Below are positions 36,991 through 51,514 of a stretch of 64,000 nt of DNA, piece by piece. Under the pieces are notes generated by a model. It was not told where the DNA came from, did not search any database, and saw only the letters and a program-made list of their open reading frames with translations. The translations under genes and the position numbers were made by a program. Position 1 is the first letter of the stretch. Each line of letters opens with the position of its first letter. This DNA comes from Octopus vulgaris (lineage: Eukaryota): assembly GCA_951406725.2 (NCBI GenBank), contig OX597828.1, positions 72,726,001 to 72,790,000 of the forward strand, given 5' to 3'.

Positions 36991-37534
36991 TTTGACAGCC
37001 ACTCCTGCGCCTTTAGTGCATAAGTCTTCTAACACAACGAGAAGAACGACGTACGACGAACAGGCCTCTAAACTAATTCCTTCTGCCAAATTTTACACAC
37101 AACGATTTAGTTAAACGGAGGTTATGGTAGGAGACACTCAAACTGTCGCATACTAGGATCGAATCGAACCCAAATCTACATTGCTGCAAAACAAACACGT
37201 TCACCACAAAACACAATCTGCGTTTTATTTTATTTTCCAAATGGAAAAATCATTTCTGTCAAACTCCTCGCATCCTTTTTATTTTTTAATTTTTTTTTTG
37301 ATTTTGAAAAGCAAAGCTAAGAAGCTAATCGAATAAATTCATAAAAGCTATTAATCATCTCCACTGGATTGATATTAGTAGTGTTAGATCGATAGCGAGT
37401 TACATTGAGAAGCCTCGATTAAACTCTTCAGACTCCACTCGTTTAATATGTAATATTAGCACGAATTGACGCCGTGTGCATTGTATCAGGATAACCACCT
37501 TTTACAAAGAACAGAACGGAATACCGCATGTACA

Positions 37535-37711
37535 GGTACATACATACATACATACATACACTCACACACATATATAACGCAGACACATACACACACATAT
37601 ATATAGACATATATATATACAAACATATATATATATACATATATACATGTATACTTACACAAACGTGCATACATACACACATGCATACATATATATGTAT
37701 CTAAATTGCAG

Positions 37712-37780
<69 letters not shown>

Positions 37781-37879
37781 TTGTGTGTGTGTGTGTATGT
37801 GTGTATATATATATATATGTGTGTGTGTGTATATATATATATGTGTGTGTATATATATGTATATGTGTATATATATATG

Positions 37880-37929
<50 letters not shown>

Positions 37930-38106
37930 CATGAGTGTGTATGTGTGTGTGCGTATGCATGTATGTACATATGAATGGATATATGTCTATATATAGGTAT
38001 ATATATGTATATTTATATATATATATATATATAGACATATATACATTCATATGTATATACATACATGCATACACACACACATACTCACACACATACACGT
38101 ACACAC

Positions 38107-38138
<32 letters not shown>
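37535..38138. repeat. Compound (TA)/(TG)/(CA) microsatellite block
   Basis: Visible directly in the sequence. Confidence 0.95.
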
Positions 38139-38141
<3 letters not shown>

Positions 38142-39935
38142 CTGCAATTTATCCGGGTTGTAGAGATGGGAGATGTGCGACTGTGCTGCATCGGCAATCA
38201 TGGCAACGGTGAGGTGAAAGTTGATGGAGAAGGCTGAAAAAGGCCGAGGTGTTGCGAATAAGGTTAATCTTATTAATCCACTCTCTAACTCCTCCTCTCT
38301 ATTCAAGTTTTGTCCGATAAAGATTTCATTTTCGACCTCCAAGGATCGATAAAATTGCAATGTGTAATATACTGAAAGATTTTTTTTTTTCTTCAATCAA
38401 CAATGAAACAGAGTCAGAAATTGAGTTAAGTGGTGGAGGTGTAGCTATTGTTGTTGGTGATGATGATTGTGATGATGGAGATAATGGTGTGGTGGTGGTG
38501 GTGGTATGCATGTGTACGGGTGGAGAGTGGAAGGTGGAGGGTTAATGTAGTCAGAAAAATTAATTAAAATTAAACTGATAGAAAAGAGAATCGTAATAAT
38601 TTTAATGAATAAATGTTGTCAAGAAATTTTAAATTAATTAAAAATTGAACGTGAGTATGTATGTAACAGGGCGGAGTGAGTCTGATGTTCGGCAAGAAAG
38701 GCATCAACTCAGAACAGGTTTCTGTCGTATTAGGCCCCCTTAGCAAAGCATATTACGACCCGTTGAACAAATAGTGGCCTTATGCCTCATTAGCATAATT
38801 AGTATATTAGTATAGTAGGCGCAAGGTAGTAAATCTTGGAAACAAATTTTAGCTAGTAAATAGATTTGTACTATCATGTACAGTATATTCTGTGAGTGTC
38901 ACATGGACAGTACACACCTGTATTAAATATGACAGTACTCACCTGTATTTCAATCAACGCTACTTCGTGCGCTTCTAGTAAACTTCATGTGGAATTAAAA
39001 ATTGATAGTAGCAGTCTAATTTGACTCGGTGTACGTTGCTAAATCCACGCAAGTTCTTAAAATTCATATGTAAATAAAAACTAAGCAGAGCAATGTAAAC
39101 ATACTCTATGACGTATATATTCCTGGTATCAGTTTAAATATCGGTTCAGCTACATGATTTTTGATCTTAGAGAGAATCATATGATCTAAGGAATTTACAA
39201 ATCTGCTGTACTTTCCAGTAATAGCAGAAAATCTAAAATAAATTGCATTTCAAAAAGTTACCGGTAATTACATTTGGATTGTCGTATTGAAAGTTCAGAA
39301 ATACAGAAAAAAAAATATTAGGAATTTTATTTGAGGAATATAATATTAAATTCCAAAAATAATTCTAGGATTTCATAAAACTGATATATGAAAATGACTA
39401 CACTTAAAATAGTTCGAACCAATTCCCAAAGAAAGAAAGATATTTTGATTCAACAAAATTCAGTGAAAATTCTTGTAGAATTTTTGCAGAAAGAAAGATA
39501 GAAGGAAACAGAAGTGGAAATTTACTAAGGAAATCGGAATATCTGAAATAGTCAATAGAGAATCACTTAAGGAAGTTCAGAAAATAACCCTATACTAGCC
39601 AAGTCTCCAGGGTAGATATTGGCAAGGAGACAACTATACATAGAATTTTTTCTTTCAAATAATTTTTTGTCATTTTTTCCCCTAATGTTTTGCGTTTGTA
39701 TGAGCATGTGTGTATGTGTGTGTGTGTATCTGTGTGTGTGTGTGTGTGTGTATGTGTGTGTGTGTATGTGTGTGTGTGTATGTGTGTGTGTGTGCGTGTG
39801 TGTTAGTCTTTGATTTTTCTCTGGTAGAGTATATTTTTATCTTTACTTCATCAGATCGTTTTGATGAAACATCGTAAAATCGTAAACGCTTTGGAGATAC
39901 ATAACTACGAAAAATAGCTACGAAAGTACTTCATT

Positions 39936-39967
<32 letters not shown>

Positions 39968-40042
39968 AATGTGTGTGTGTGTGTGTGTGTGTGCGTGTGT
40001 GTGTATGTATGCATGTATGTATGTTTATAAGTATATTTACAT

Positions 40043-40119
<77 letters not shown>

Positions 40120-40326
40120 TGAATCCAAAAACAACAGCAAAATAAAACGGATAAAATCTAAAATATACAATATTCACGCTGAATGAAAGTTTCAGATGGG
40201 AAAGTAGGAATAGAACTGACATTTCAAGCATGGCTCTTCGTCGGATGCAGGAAAAAGACAAGAATAGATTAAATGGAGGAAAGAGCAGACAGTCCCGAGA
40301 AAAGCAAGCGTTTCGAAAGTGCATCT

Positions 40327-40334
40327 CTCTCTCT

Positions 40335-40416
<82 letters not shown>

Positions 40417-40421
40417 CTCTC

Positions 40422-40506
<85 letters not shown>

Positions 40507-40518
40507 TGTAGGTATGTA
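40327..40518. repeat. (TATC)n(TA)n(TATG)n microsatellite
   Basis: Visible directly in the sequence. Confidence 0.95.
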
Positions 40519-40521
40519 TAT

Positions 40522-40680
40522 ACAGAATTTACAGAAAAACAAAAGACGAAGGCAGATGTATAAACAACAAACAGGTGTATTAATTTAACACTCGGGAATG
40601 GGAGAAAATCTTTTACGTTTCGGGCCTAAGCTCTTCAACAGAATGGAACACGAAGAAATAAAGAGAGAATGAAAAAGTCT
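40522..40680 (-). mobile_element. Penelope-like terminal fragment with a variant hammerhead-like motif
   Basis: Similar to 30227-30440. Minus strand reads TTCTGTTGAAGAGCTTAGGCCCGAAACGTAAAA (CUGUUGA in place of CUGANGA). A more decayed copy lies at about 51570-51720. Confidence 0.55.
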
Positions 40681-40979
40681 TTTAGGACTGTGCTCCTTCT
40701 TTATAATTACCGAATATAAATGCATTAATCTTTCTTTTGCTCATGGATATATTTAAATAAGATGCATGCATCATATTTGGTTTTTTATATATAATTAGAT
40801 AGCCTGAGGGTCTGTATAATATAGCTGTCACAAACAGACGACAATTACTGTTGGTGATGGTGAATATGATGGTGATAATAATAAGGAGAATGGCCGTGGT
40901 GGTGGTAGTGGTAGTGTTGGTGATGATGACGACAGTGATGATGATGGAAGTAATGATGATGGCACCGATGATCGCTGCT

Positions 40980-41018
<39 letters not shown>

Positions 41019-41394
41019 GTAGCGGAGTGGTGGTAATGGTGTAGATGATGGTAATGAGGATGATAATGGCCACGATGATCTTCCGATAAAATAGCAAACG
41101 GTATTACTGTTATTACTACAGCAGTAAACACATAAACCATTATTATTTAAAACAAACAAATGTTTATTTCTGCGACTGTATTTTGGTAGAATCGGTTTTT
41201 TAGAATCCAACAAAATACCGTCTGTTCTTATTTTTATTTCCAAGTGAAAATTTCATCGCAGTGAAACGGTGCCTTGTAAATTTTCACCGTTTTTGCGAAC
41301 GAATATCGATGAAATAATACCAGTCATACAATGGGGCCGAGTAAAACAAGCATATTTCTTGTAATATGGTTGTGTATACCTTAGGTCAGTGTAT

Positions 41395-41770
41395 AGGCGT
41401 GGTTGTGGTTGTATGGAATGGAATTTGCTTCTAAATCGCATGATACCGTGTTCAATCCCACTCTTTGGCTTTTGGGCGAGTGAATTTGGTCGACGGAAAT
41501 TGAAAGAAGCCCGTCGTGAATATGTGTGTGTGTGCATGTGTGTATGTGTGTGTGTGTGTGTGTATGTCTGTGTATTTGAGTCTGTGTTTGTTCCTCACTA
41601 CCGCTTGTCAACCGGTATTGGTGTGTTTACGTTTCCGTAAGTTGGCGGTTCGACAAGAGAGATGATAGAATAAGTACTGTGGGCGATTCATTCAAGGTGC
41701 CACACAGTATTGAACACGGATCCATGTGATCGCGAAGCAAGTTCCTTACCGCGCAGCCACACCTACGCCT
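41395..41770. mobile_element. SINE family B (+, internally deleted) joined to an inverted B head (-)
   Basis: B(+) at 41395-41690 and a B head (-) at 41692-41770. Confidence 0.75.
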
Positions 41771-42088
41771 GTATGTCTACACTCTAATTTTGTTTACGAA
41801 ACTACTTACCTTCTGACAAATGTGTTTGTATATGCAATTCCGCATGGGATTTTATCCTATAATATGAATCACACTGACTGAAACACTACCGTAGTTTAAT
41901 AAAAATGTCGACATTTTTATTTCCAATAATCAAATTATTCAAGAATTAATAATTAAAGATAAATTAACAGTAGACGTTAAAAATCATTTTCTCCTACCTG
42001 CAATTCTAATATGTCAAAATGGCGTCTGTAATTCTATAATTTTAATAATTCCGCGAAAATTATTAAACAATTACATTCCAATGGTTTA

Positions 42089-42492
42089 AGTGTGGCTGCA
42101 TGGTTAAGAAGCTCGTTTCGCAACACAGTGGTTTCGGGTTCAATAGTGCCACTGCAGCATACCTTGGGCATGTGCCTTCAACTATAACACTTGCTGACTA
42201 AAGCCTTGTGAGTGGATCTGGTAGATGGAAACTGAAAGAAGCCTACTGCGTGTGTACGTGTGTGTGCGTGTGTGTGTGTATGAATGTTTGTCCACACCAT
42301 TTGCTTGACAATTTGTGTTGGTTTGTTTACGTCCTCATAACAGTGATTCCGCAACAAAGACCGATAAAGTAAGTACCAAACTTATTAAAAGATGTGCTGG
42401 GGTTGATTTCTTTGATTAAAGTCATTTCAAGGCGGCCTTCCAGCATGGCCGTAGCCCAGGACTGAAACAAGCAAAAGATGGAGATGAAAGAT
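42089..42492 (+). mobile_element. SINE family B, full length, diverged
   Basis: Head, CORE-like segment, (TG)n and tail ACTGAAACAAGCAAAAGA. Confidence 0.85.
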
Positions 42493-42610
42493 CCTGTAAA
42501 AACCTTAAAATGAAATACGTCATTAGTAAAGCCGACATCGGTTCATATGTAGAACCTCCGTTAATGATCAAGTCAGCACTGCGTCATTATCTGATGATTG
42601 TACTGCCATA

Positions 42611-42827
42611 TTGGTTTCAAATTTTAGCACAAGAGCAGCAATTTCATGGAGCGGGTACGTCGATTATATTGACCCCAGTGTTTAACTGTTACTTATTTTA
42701 TCGAATCCGATGTGATGAAAGGCAAAGTCGACCTCGGTGGAATTTGAACTCAGAACGTAAAGACAGACGAAATACCGCCGACCACTTTTTACCCGCCGTG
42801 TCAACGATTCTGCCAGCTTACCACCTT
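42611..42827 (-). mobile_element. SINE family A
   Basis: Core aaggcaaagtcgacctcggtggaatttgaactcagaacg. Confidence 0.87.
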
Positions 42828-43195
42828 GATGTATTGCCATTACTAATGCGATGCCATGCAATCTGGCATAAGCCTTGTCAGCTGATGAAACCGGAAATAA
42901 CTACAAGTATGAGGAAGATTGCATGTTAAATATATCTCGTTAGTGAATCTTACACAACGAATGGTGAAGGATAACATTGTTCGGTTAAAGATTTTATGCA
43001 AACCAATCACTGCTTTGCTGAATTGGTTTCTTTATTGATGGCGTCGGTGGCAGCAAAGTGCAAAACAAACAGTTCAAGAGGCTTCGTTTATTAAAAGCTC
43101 TAAAGAACCGGTTTTTTCTTGTCTGTCTTTGCTGTTTGCACTCTTCATTGATTTACATCGACGAAATACGCATGCATATATAATATCTATGAATG

Positions 43196-43502
<307 letters not shown>

Positions 43503-44775
43503 CATAGATATTAATATACATTTGTGTTATACATTAAAAGGATTAATCAAATAAAAAATTAACATTATAAAATAGCAAAGCTTTTTTTTTTAAATTCTAA
43601 TTTTACTTTGCAAACTAAAATAATCTTCCGACTGATTGAGAGAATTTAAAGATTGATTGACACGGAATCCCAACACAAAACCGCTTTTCACCATTAAATA
43701 TTTCACGTGTTGTAGCTGTTTCGTCTTTCATCTGGTTCTTATTCATCAGTGTTCACATAAATCAATTAAAAATCTTTGATCATCTCTCTTACTAATGGAT
43801 TAGACAGTAAATACGTGTACACTTAGCTCCTACCTGTCAGCATGAACACCTGTGTGAGCAAAGATTATTTAAGTAGCAGCAGCAATGCTACCTGTCAATA
43901 TTTCTGATGAATATCTGGATTTGGCATTGATTATTCTGTTCACAGCCTGCAGATGAAGAAGTGACACGGTTTCAGTCCCACGTCAAGTTTTCGATTTAAC
44001 GTCTATCACTAAAATAATTCAGATTATTTTTAGATTTTGAAAATACATGAGGATTCGAATAATATTTCAGTCCAGAGACCCTGATAACATCCTCCATTTC
44101 TTCTCTACATTCTCCAGGCTCATCTTCAATATTGGTACCCATTATGGACGCCCTATACTAAACAAAACATTTTGTGAAATGTAGTACTCAGATTTCGATC
44201 ATCAATATATAAATAAATAAATAAATGACATGAAAAACCTCGACAATTGGATTTGACTCAAAAAAGCTCAAACTTAATTCTCTCTTACGTTATTGTGAAT
44301 GCTGGATTAATTGTACACCGGAAAATATACCAGTGTCCAAGCGATGCTGATATGAAGTAAAAAAGTTACCCGACGCTCGATCCCATATCCAAAGGTTCTC
44401 TACGGAATCAATTGCATCCTATACTAAAGATTGCGAGCCAACTGTTTTTTCACCTCAGTCAGTCCTGTTCCATTCAAAATTATTCCGAGAGAAATCAATG
44501 AGAACGAATACATACCGTTTAAACGTTGCGTGGCGGGGGAAACCTGGTGTTAAAGCCCAATATTTATATACGTCAGAGTAAAGCATTCGACGATTGCAGA
44601 GTATAATATGAAATTAAATAAAGGACAAAGGAACAAGAAATTATGTAACGAACTCAGTTGTTTCTGCAATAAGAGGCAATGCATTCATAGTTGCATGTTT
44701 GTACGTCACCCGGCAGCGGAAACAGCTGTAAGCTAATGCAATTCATCGCCTAATTTCATATCATTTATTTAATTT

Positions 44776-44776
<1 letters not shown>

Positions 44777-44838
<62 letters not shown>

Positions 44839-44896
44839 GTCTGTCTGCCTGTCTGTCTGTCTATCTGTCTGTCCGTCTTTCTATCCGTCCGTCTGT

Positions 44897-44930
<34 letters not shown>

Positions 44931-45125
44931 GTCTGTCTGTCTGTCTATATATATATTTGTCTGTCTGTCTGCCTGTCTGCCTGTCTGTCTGTCTGGCCTT
45001 GCGTTCGTCTATCTGTCAGTCTCTGTCTCTCATCAGTCTATCTATCTATATGCATGTATGTGTATGTTTGTATGTATGTGTGCGTATGTGTGTATGCATA
45101 TGTGTGTGTATGTTTGTATGTATGT

Positions 45126-45162
<37 letters not shown>

Positions 45163-45171
45163 TGTGTGTGT
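44777..45171. repeat. (TATC)/(TGTC)/(TG) compound microsatellite
   Basis: Visible directly in the sequence. Confidence 0.92.
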
Positions 45172-46028
45172 AACGGAACAAAAGCAGAAACGGGTAGTCG
45201 ATAGGTACCCAGTTTACAACGTGTTGATAGTTCTGTAACTTGTTGAAAAGAAATGCAGATTTACATAAAAGACTCTACAGAGGAAGTCAGGGAAGAGTCT
45301 GGTATGTGAAAAGTTCATACCAGTTCAGATATGGACAGGTATGTTCCAAAAGGAGCCATAGGTCCATAGTCTTGACGAGACGCAGTCTGTTAGTATTATT
45401 TTACATTTATACAATATAACCACCAGAGACAGCCCGGGAATGAAATTTCTCTTTGCATATTGGAAGAAAAAAGAAAAATGTGTTGCATAGAAATTTGTGT
45501 AATAAAGAAAGAAATCAAACTTGGCGTGTGTGTGTGTGTGAGAGAGAGAGAGGGGGGGAGTAAGAGAGAGAGAATATTGCACACAATAAATGAGATAGAC
45601 ATGGAATGAAAAAAATCGTATAACTAAAAGCACGTTGAAAAGACATCTTATACCGAATATTTAGATTTGTGAACTTCGTAAATATTTCTTCCAGTAATTT
45701 CTCGTAGTTGTTTACAAATAACGAATCAAAACTTGAAATGAAAACATTAAAATTAGACACTGACAAATTTCGCCGTTTTTACGTCAATACCTGAAGTTGA
45801 CATTCAGAAACCTTTTTAAAAGATGTGAATCATAAATATAAAGAAATGTTTTTTTTATTTTAATAAAAAAATCGAATGAAGAGCTTATTATGTGTCCGAG
45901 GAGGAATTATTCATGCATCACAAGTATGGAAGCAATTAGTGAAACCTTTTTCGCGTGAAAAGTGAATACACACACATCTCTATTTAATATATTATTAGAT
46001 TAGATTAGATTAGATATTTAGTATATAT

Positions 46029-46281
46029 GGAGGCGCGTGGCTTAGTGTTTTGGATGTCAGCGCCATGATCGTAAGATTGTGGTTTCGATTCCTGGACCGG
46101 GCTTCGCGTTGTGTTCTTGAGCAAAACACTTCATTTCAGGTTGCTCCAGTCCACTCAGCTGGCAAAAATTAGTAACGCTGCGATGGACTGGCGTCCCGTC
46201 CAGCTGGGGAACACATACGCCAAAGAAACCGGGAAACCGAGTGCATGAGCCTGGCTAGGCGTTAAAAGGGCGCATTTATTT
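46029..46281 (+). mobile_element. SINE family D (tRNA head, CORE-like segment, TGCGATGGACTGGCGTCCCGTCCAG segment)
   Basis: A box (TGGCTTAGTG) and B box (GGTTTCGATTCC), then TTGAGCAAAACACTT. The CGATGGACTGG motif recalls conserved metazoan SINE domains. ATTT tail. Confidence 0.82.
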
Positions 46282-46337
46282 ATATCATTATTAATGTAGT
46301 ATATATTATTAAATATGTATTATTATTATTATTAGAT

Positions 46338-46497
46338 AGGCGCAGGAGTGGTTGTGTGGTAAGTAGCTTGCTAACCAGCCACATGATTCCGGGTTCAGTC
46401 CCACTGCGTGGGCGTCTTCTGCTATAGCCCCGGGCCGACCAATGCCTTGTGAGTGGATTTGGTAGACGGAAACTGAAAGAAGCCTGTCGTATATATG

Positions 46498-46528
<31 letters not shown>

Positions 46529-46737
46529 TTGTGTGTCTGTGTTTGTCCCCCTAGCATTGCTTGACAACCGATGCTGGTGTGTTTACGTCCCCGTCACTTA
46601 GCGTTTCGGCAAAAGAGACCGATAGAATAAGTACTGGGCTTACAAAGAATAAGTCCCGGGGTCGATTTGCTCGACTAAAGGCGGTGCTCCAGCATGGCCG
46701 CAGTCAAATGACTGAAACAAGTAAAAGAGTAAAAGAG
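46338..46737 (+). mobile_element. SINE family B, near full length, young
   Basis: High identity to 36590-36990. Tail is (GTAAAAGA)2. Confidence 0.92.
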
Positions 46738-47396
46738 ATATATTGTACAATATAGTATGTCATATATATTATAGAAACCTATTTGAAATTAAGGAAACAC
46801 TTCGTAAGTAAAATATGCAACGTACTAAAATTTATTGTGTGAAAATATTATTGTTACATTGTGAGAATCTGTGTTGAGCAACAGAAGACAAAACTAAAAG
46901 ATTGTTAATCATTTAACCCGAATATATTAAGTTGAAAATAGATTTACGTATTCATGAATATTTACATATTTAGAATTTTAAATTAATTCTTCAAATCTAG
47001 TAGGATAAAAATAATTATCAAGTATTTATCTATAAAACAAATGCAATTAGAAAGTTAGTCAATTTTACACCATAAATGCAAGCAGGAGTTTTGAATGGTA
47101 TTTCCGGGAGAGAAAAATCGTTTACGGATAAATATTCACAGAAGGTAGTTTTATTCGTAAATTTCAGGAAGTAAGCGGATATTACACTGAACACATCAAA
47201 GTTGATTATTTTAACCGATAAAAAAATAATGTTTTGAATAAATTTCACATAATAGTTACCAAAGTAAAATTCGTCATATCACGTGGGAGAATCTATGTTG
47301 CTTCTTAACATCTATTTTTAGTTGGTCTCGAAAAAATCGCATGGCGTACTTAAATGCTTTGAAACACCAGACAAAATTTAATTGATACATCTATTA

Positions 47397-47590
<194 letters not shown>

Positions 47591-47954
47591 CGATCTCATT
47601 ATACACTCTGTCATTCTTTCACTAATGAACCGTGTTTGCAGAATGGTTAACCAAATGTTTCTACAGAGGCCATAATGTCAAAGAACTCGTCAGTTGGAAT
47701 CAATTAACACCTATTTGTATCACTTGCCAGGTATACACATTTATTTAGCTGCAGCTAATTGCGTTCGATTTCATATTGGCAGGAAGTTGTGAGAAAGTCT
47801 TCAATGTACCTGCTGTCATCACCGCTTGATCTTTTACTAATTAGTAGCATGATATATGATATACCCTGTTAAGTGTACGGGTAGTTACGTATGTATGTTT
47901 ATTGGTATGTAGGTGTGTACGTATGCTTGCATTGACGTAAGTGTTTATGCATGT

Positions 47955-47974
47955 ATGTATCAATCCATCCATCC

Positions 47975-48040
<66 letters not shown>

Positions 48041-48041
48041 A

Positions 48042-48077
<36 letters not shown>

Positions 48078-48166
48078 CGTCTATTTATCTATCTATCTAT
48101 CTATCTCAAAATATATACATACATGCATACATATACATACATACACACACACGCGCACACACACAC

Positions 48167-48217
<51 letters not shown>

Positions 48218-48375
48218 GCAGCAGGCTTCTTTTAGTTCCTGTCTACCAAGTCTAATCGCAAGGATTTGATCGGGCTGAGGCTAAAGAATGAGATACTTGC
48301 CCAAGGTGACATGCAGTAAAACGGAACCGGAACCCATATTGCTGGAAGCAAACTTCTTACCACACAGTCATATAC

Positions 48376-48411
<36 letters not shown>

Positions 48412-48539
48412 ATGTGTGTGTGTATGTGTGTGTGTGAGTGTATGTGTGTGTGTGCGCGCGCGCGCGTGTGTGTATGTGTGTGTATGTATAAACATGCACA
48501 CATGCGCGTGCACGCACGTACAAAAGCACAACCACATGC

Positions 48540-48597
<58 letters not shown>

Positions 48598-48612
48598 CAC
48601 AAACACACACAC
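47955..48612. repeat. Compound microsatellites surrounding a SINE B head (-) at about 48220-48370
   Basis: Visible directly in the sequence. Confidence 0.85.
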
Positions 48613-49489
48613 AAATGGGCCAAACAAGTATTGCCGGGTCGGACATCCCCTAAATTAGCCGCCAAAACACGTTGAGATCTTTTCCTCCTGTGTTAATATG
48701 TCAGATTAGATATGTGCTTCGTTTTTCTGCGCACAAGTAAAAGGTGTGATTGTCATGGGCGGAATACATTTCATCCCAAGTCTGCTAAATCATGGTTGAC
48801 GTGGCGTGAAACAAGCCCTGAATATTTAACATAGTCTGTTTAATTAAATAAGCTCACCTAAATCGCAAGGGCATTCTTTTCTCGCCGATATCGTTAATAG
48901 AGTTTTCAAACGCTGACGTCAAGACAAAATTGGGACGATTTAATGAGTTTTGTATTTTTCTTCTTTTATTATTGTTGCTACTGTATCGCTTGATCTTGTT
49001 CGCAAAATCGATGACGGTTATGGCTGAATCATTAGAGCGTCGGGGAAAATGTCTTCTCCGTATTTGTCTCGATGTGTCGCCGTTTGTGTTCAAATGCAGT
49101 CATGGTTAACTTTGTCATTTTATCATTATACGGGGTCGATAAATAAAGTAACACTCATATACTGGTTGCTGATATTCTTAAATTATAAATTATAATTAAT
49201 TCTCACCACTGGCATTTTCTCAGCGGCCAGATTTGTTACGACTGAAGTTGGAAATATTCTCCATTCGTGATATTTCTGCACTTTAACACTATTGTTTTTT
49301 GGTTAAGCATAGCCCATTAACCTGGTAGCAAAAGTTATCTGCAAAAAAGGGACCGATTAAAGTGACGACGAATTGTTGATTCGGGGTTAGAATTCAGGGC
49401 AGCAGTTAAATAAATGTTTTAGAACAGTATTATAGAAATGCTTTCGGTTGGTCAGAGAATCACATAGAGTATGATTGTATTACAGCCAT

Positions 49490-49780
49490 GGTGAGAAGTT
49501 TGGAGAGTCGGTGGGGAGACAGAAGTATAGTTGAAGTAATTAGAGCCTGATTTTGATTGTGATGTAACAAAAGAGGGGCGAAGTAGGTCTATGGAGGTAG
49601 ATATGAGAAGTCCTTTGGGTAACTACAATTGGTTGCGAGAAAAAGTAGTTATTGCATGATGGAGATGAAGTATGGCAATTGAAGGAAGTGGAGAAAGTAG
49701 GTTGGAGAGAATAGTTTTTATAGTAAAGTGTGTAGCCCTTGGCGAACCTCACTTAGAAGAAAAGGGAGAACCTTTTTTAT
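49490..49780 (-). mobile_element. Possible decayed Penelope-like coding fragment (RT-endonuclease linker)
   Basis: Minus-strand remnants such as YFFSQPIVVTQR resemble F..PP.V.F.R. Weak evidence. Confidence 0.3.
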
Positions 49781-51434
49781 AGCAGTACGTGCACCAGGCC
49801 ACTACAAAGCCATCTTTGTCTGTCGTCTTACTTGTACTGCACTTTCAGTTATAAGGAAATGTCATGACAACACAAAATCGGAGCCAGTACAATGTAACTT
49901 TCAATGAATGTTTAAGTAAAAGGAAGACAAAAAATGAACATAAGAAAACAAATAAATAAAACTTAAATTCTTATTTTTAAAATTTAAAGGTAAAAGAAAG
50001 ACATAACAAATAATTAATCTTGACATGAATCTGCAAAATGCAAAATGTTTGGGTAAAAATGAGAAAAGAAATGAAGAAAACGGATAAAGGAATTAAGAGA
50101 AAGTTTTACGAAATATAAAGAAAATGGAAGAAAAGAATTAATCAAAATGCTTTGATCGAAGAAACACTTTAAATATTGCAATAAAAATTTTAACAATTAC
50201 AGTGACGTCAACGTTTCACTGTTTATTTCAATTTGTTTTTTCTTATTTATCTTTTATAATGTACAACATGAATTTATAAAAAGATAAAACTTTAAACTTT
50301 CTTTTTATTCTAAATCACAACTGCTGATTCGGATCTATAGAGAGAAGTGATATGGAGAGACAGAAAAGAAAAAAAAGACCAATTTGCTAAAAAGGGCCTC
50401 GAAAAGTATACATAGAGAAAAAATAATCAATTATGACAAAAGACTTGCATCTAAGACTGAGAAAGGAGACGGAAGAATGTATATTTTCTAAGAACAGCAC
50501 AGAATATATTCTTCGCTATAATTGGAAAGTAGTATTCAAGCAGATTGTAATTGTTTTTATTCCTCGTCACCATTCTTAGAAATGTTAAAGGAAAAAGAAA
50601 ATGGTAAACATGAAAGTGTAATGAGAAGAGCCTAATATTAGGTTAGGAGAAAAAAAAAAATAATTGTACCATAAACGAGAATTCAGCAAAGAAATATAGC
50701 ACGTGATTACACAGTTAAATAAGTGCAAAATCTGTAGGCAAATATATGGTGGAATGTTATTTTGATATAAAGAGCAAATGAAATAACAACAGAATCTGTA
50801 TTAAATTGGTAGTCGGAGACAAATTCTGAATAATTTCTTTTTATCACTTTTAGATGCAGAAACAAAATGGCGGTGCTTTTTCTATGTGTTACATTTTGGA
50901 ATAACTACTGTACTTTAGTTGTTTTAAATTTTTTATTACACACGCAACTAGTTTTTTCAGCAATGCGCCATTTTCTCACTGCTGTCTCCGTTCCCTTCTT
51001 TCATATCGTACGCTGTTTGGTATAAATAGAACAATATTTCCAATTAAGATGATTTCTTTACAGAATATAAAGGAATAGGCATGACCCTTTAATAGGGAGA
51101 TATTTACTCTAATTTGTTTCAGTCACAGGTCTGCGGCCGTACTGGGGCAATAGCTCGAACAGTTGTCGCTGATCACATCAACGCAGATTCTTACTTTTAT
51201 AAAGTGTGGTATCTATTTTAGCGATCTTTGCTCTTTTAGTTGTTCCACACGTTTACGGGACATAAATAGAAACCATTATTTTGAAGCGGTCTTAACTCAA
51301 CAACGGGCATGAACGCAAACACCCACACAGTCGGACACACAGACTCACAGATCTGTTCTAATTGCTCTGCGTTACCTCTGGATATCCTTGTTGCTTATTT
51401 TGATTATAAATATATATACACACTCACACACACA

Positions 51435-51514
<80 letters not shown>

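Noticed and set aside
38906-38949. 19-bp direct repeat GACAGTAC.CACCTGTATT, including a minus-strand CAG|GTGAGT donor-like site
   Set aside because: An ordinary small duplication, with no credible upstream acceptor.
41804-41815. Minus-strand CAG|AAG|GTAAGT as a 3-nt microexon
   Set aside because: There is no polypyrimidine tract upstream, so it is likely chance.
43715-43752. Further hammerhead-like CTGATGA...GAAAC motifs (also near 29680, 42882 and 44718)
   Set aside because: No convincing helix II or helix I pairing, or the CUGA box is missing.
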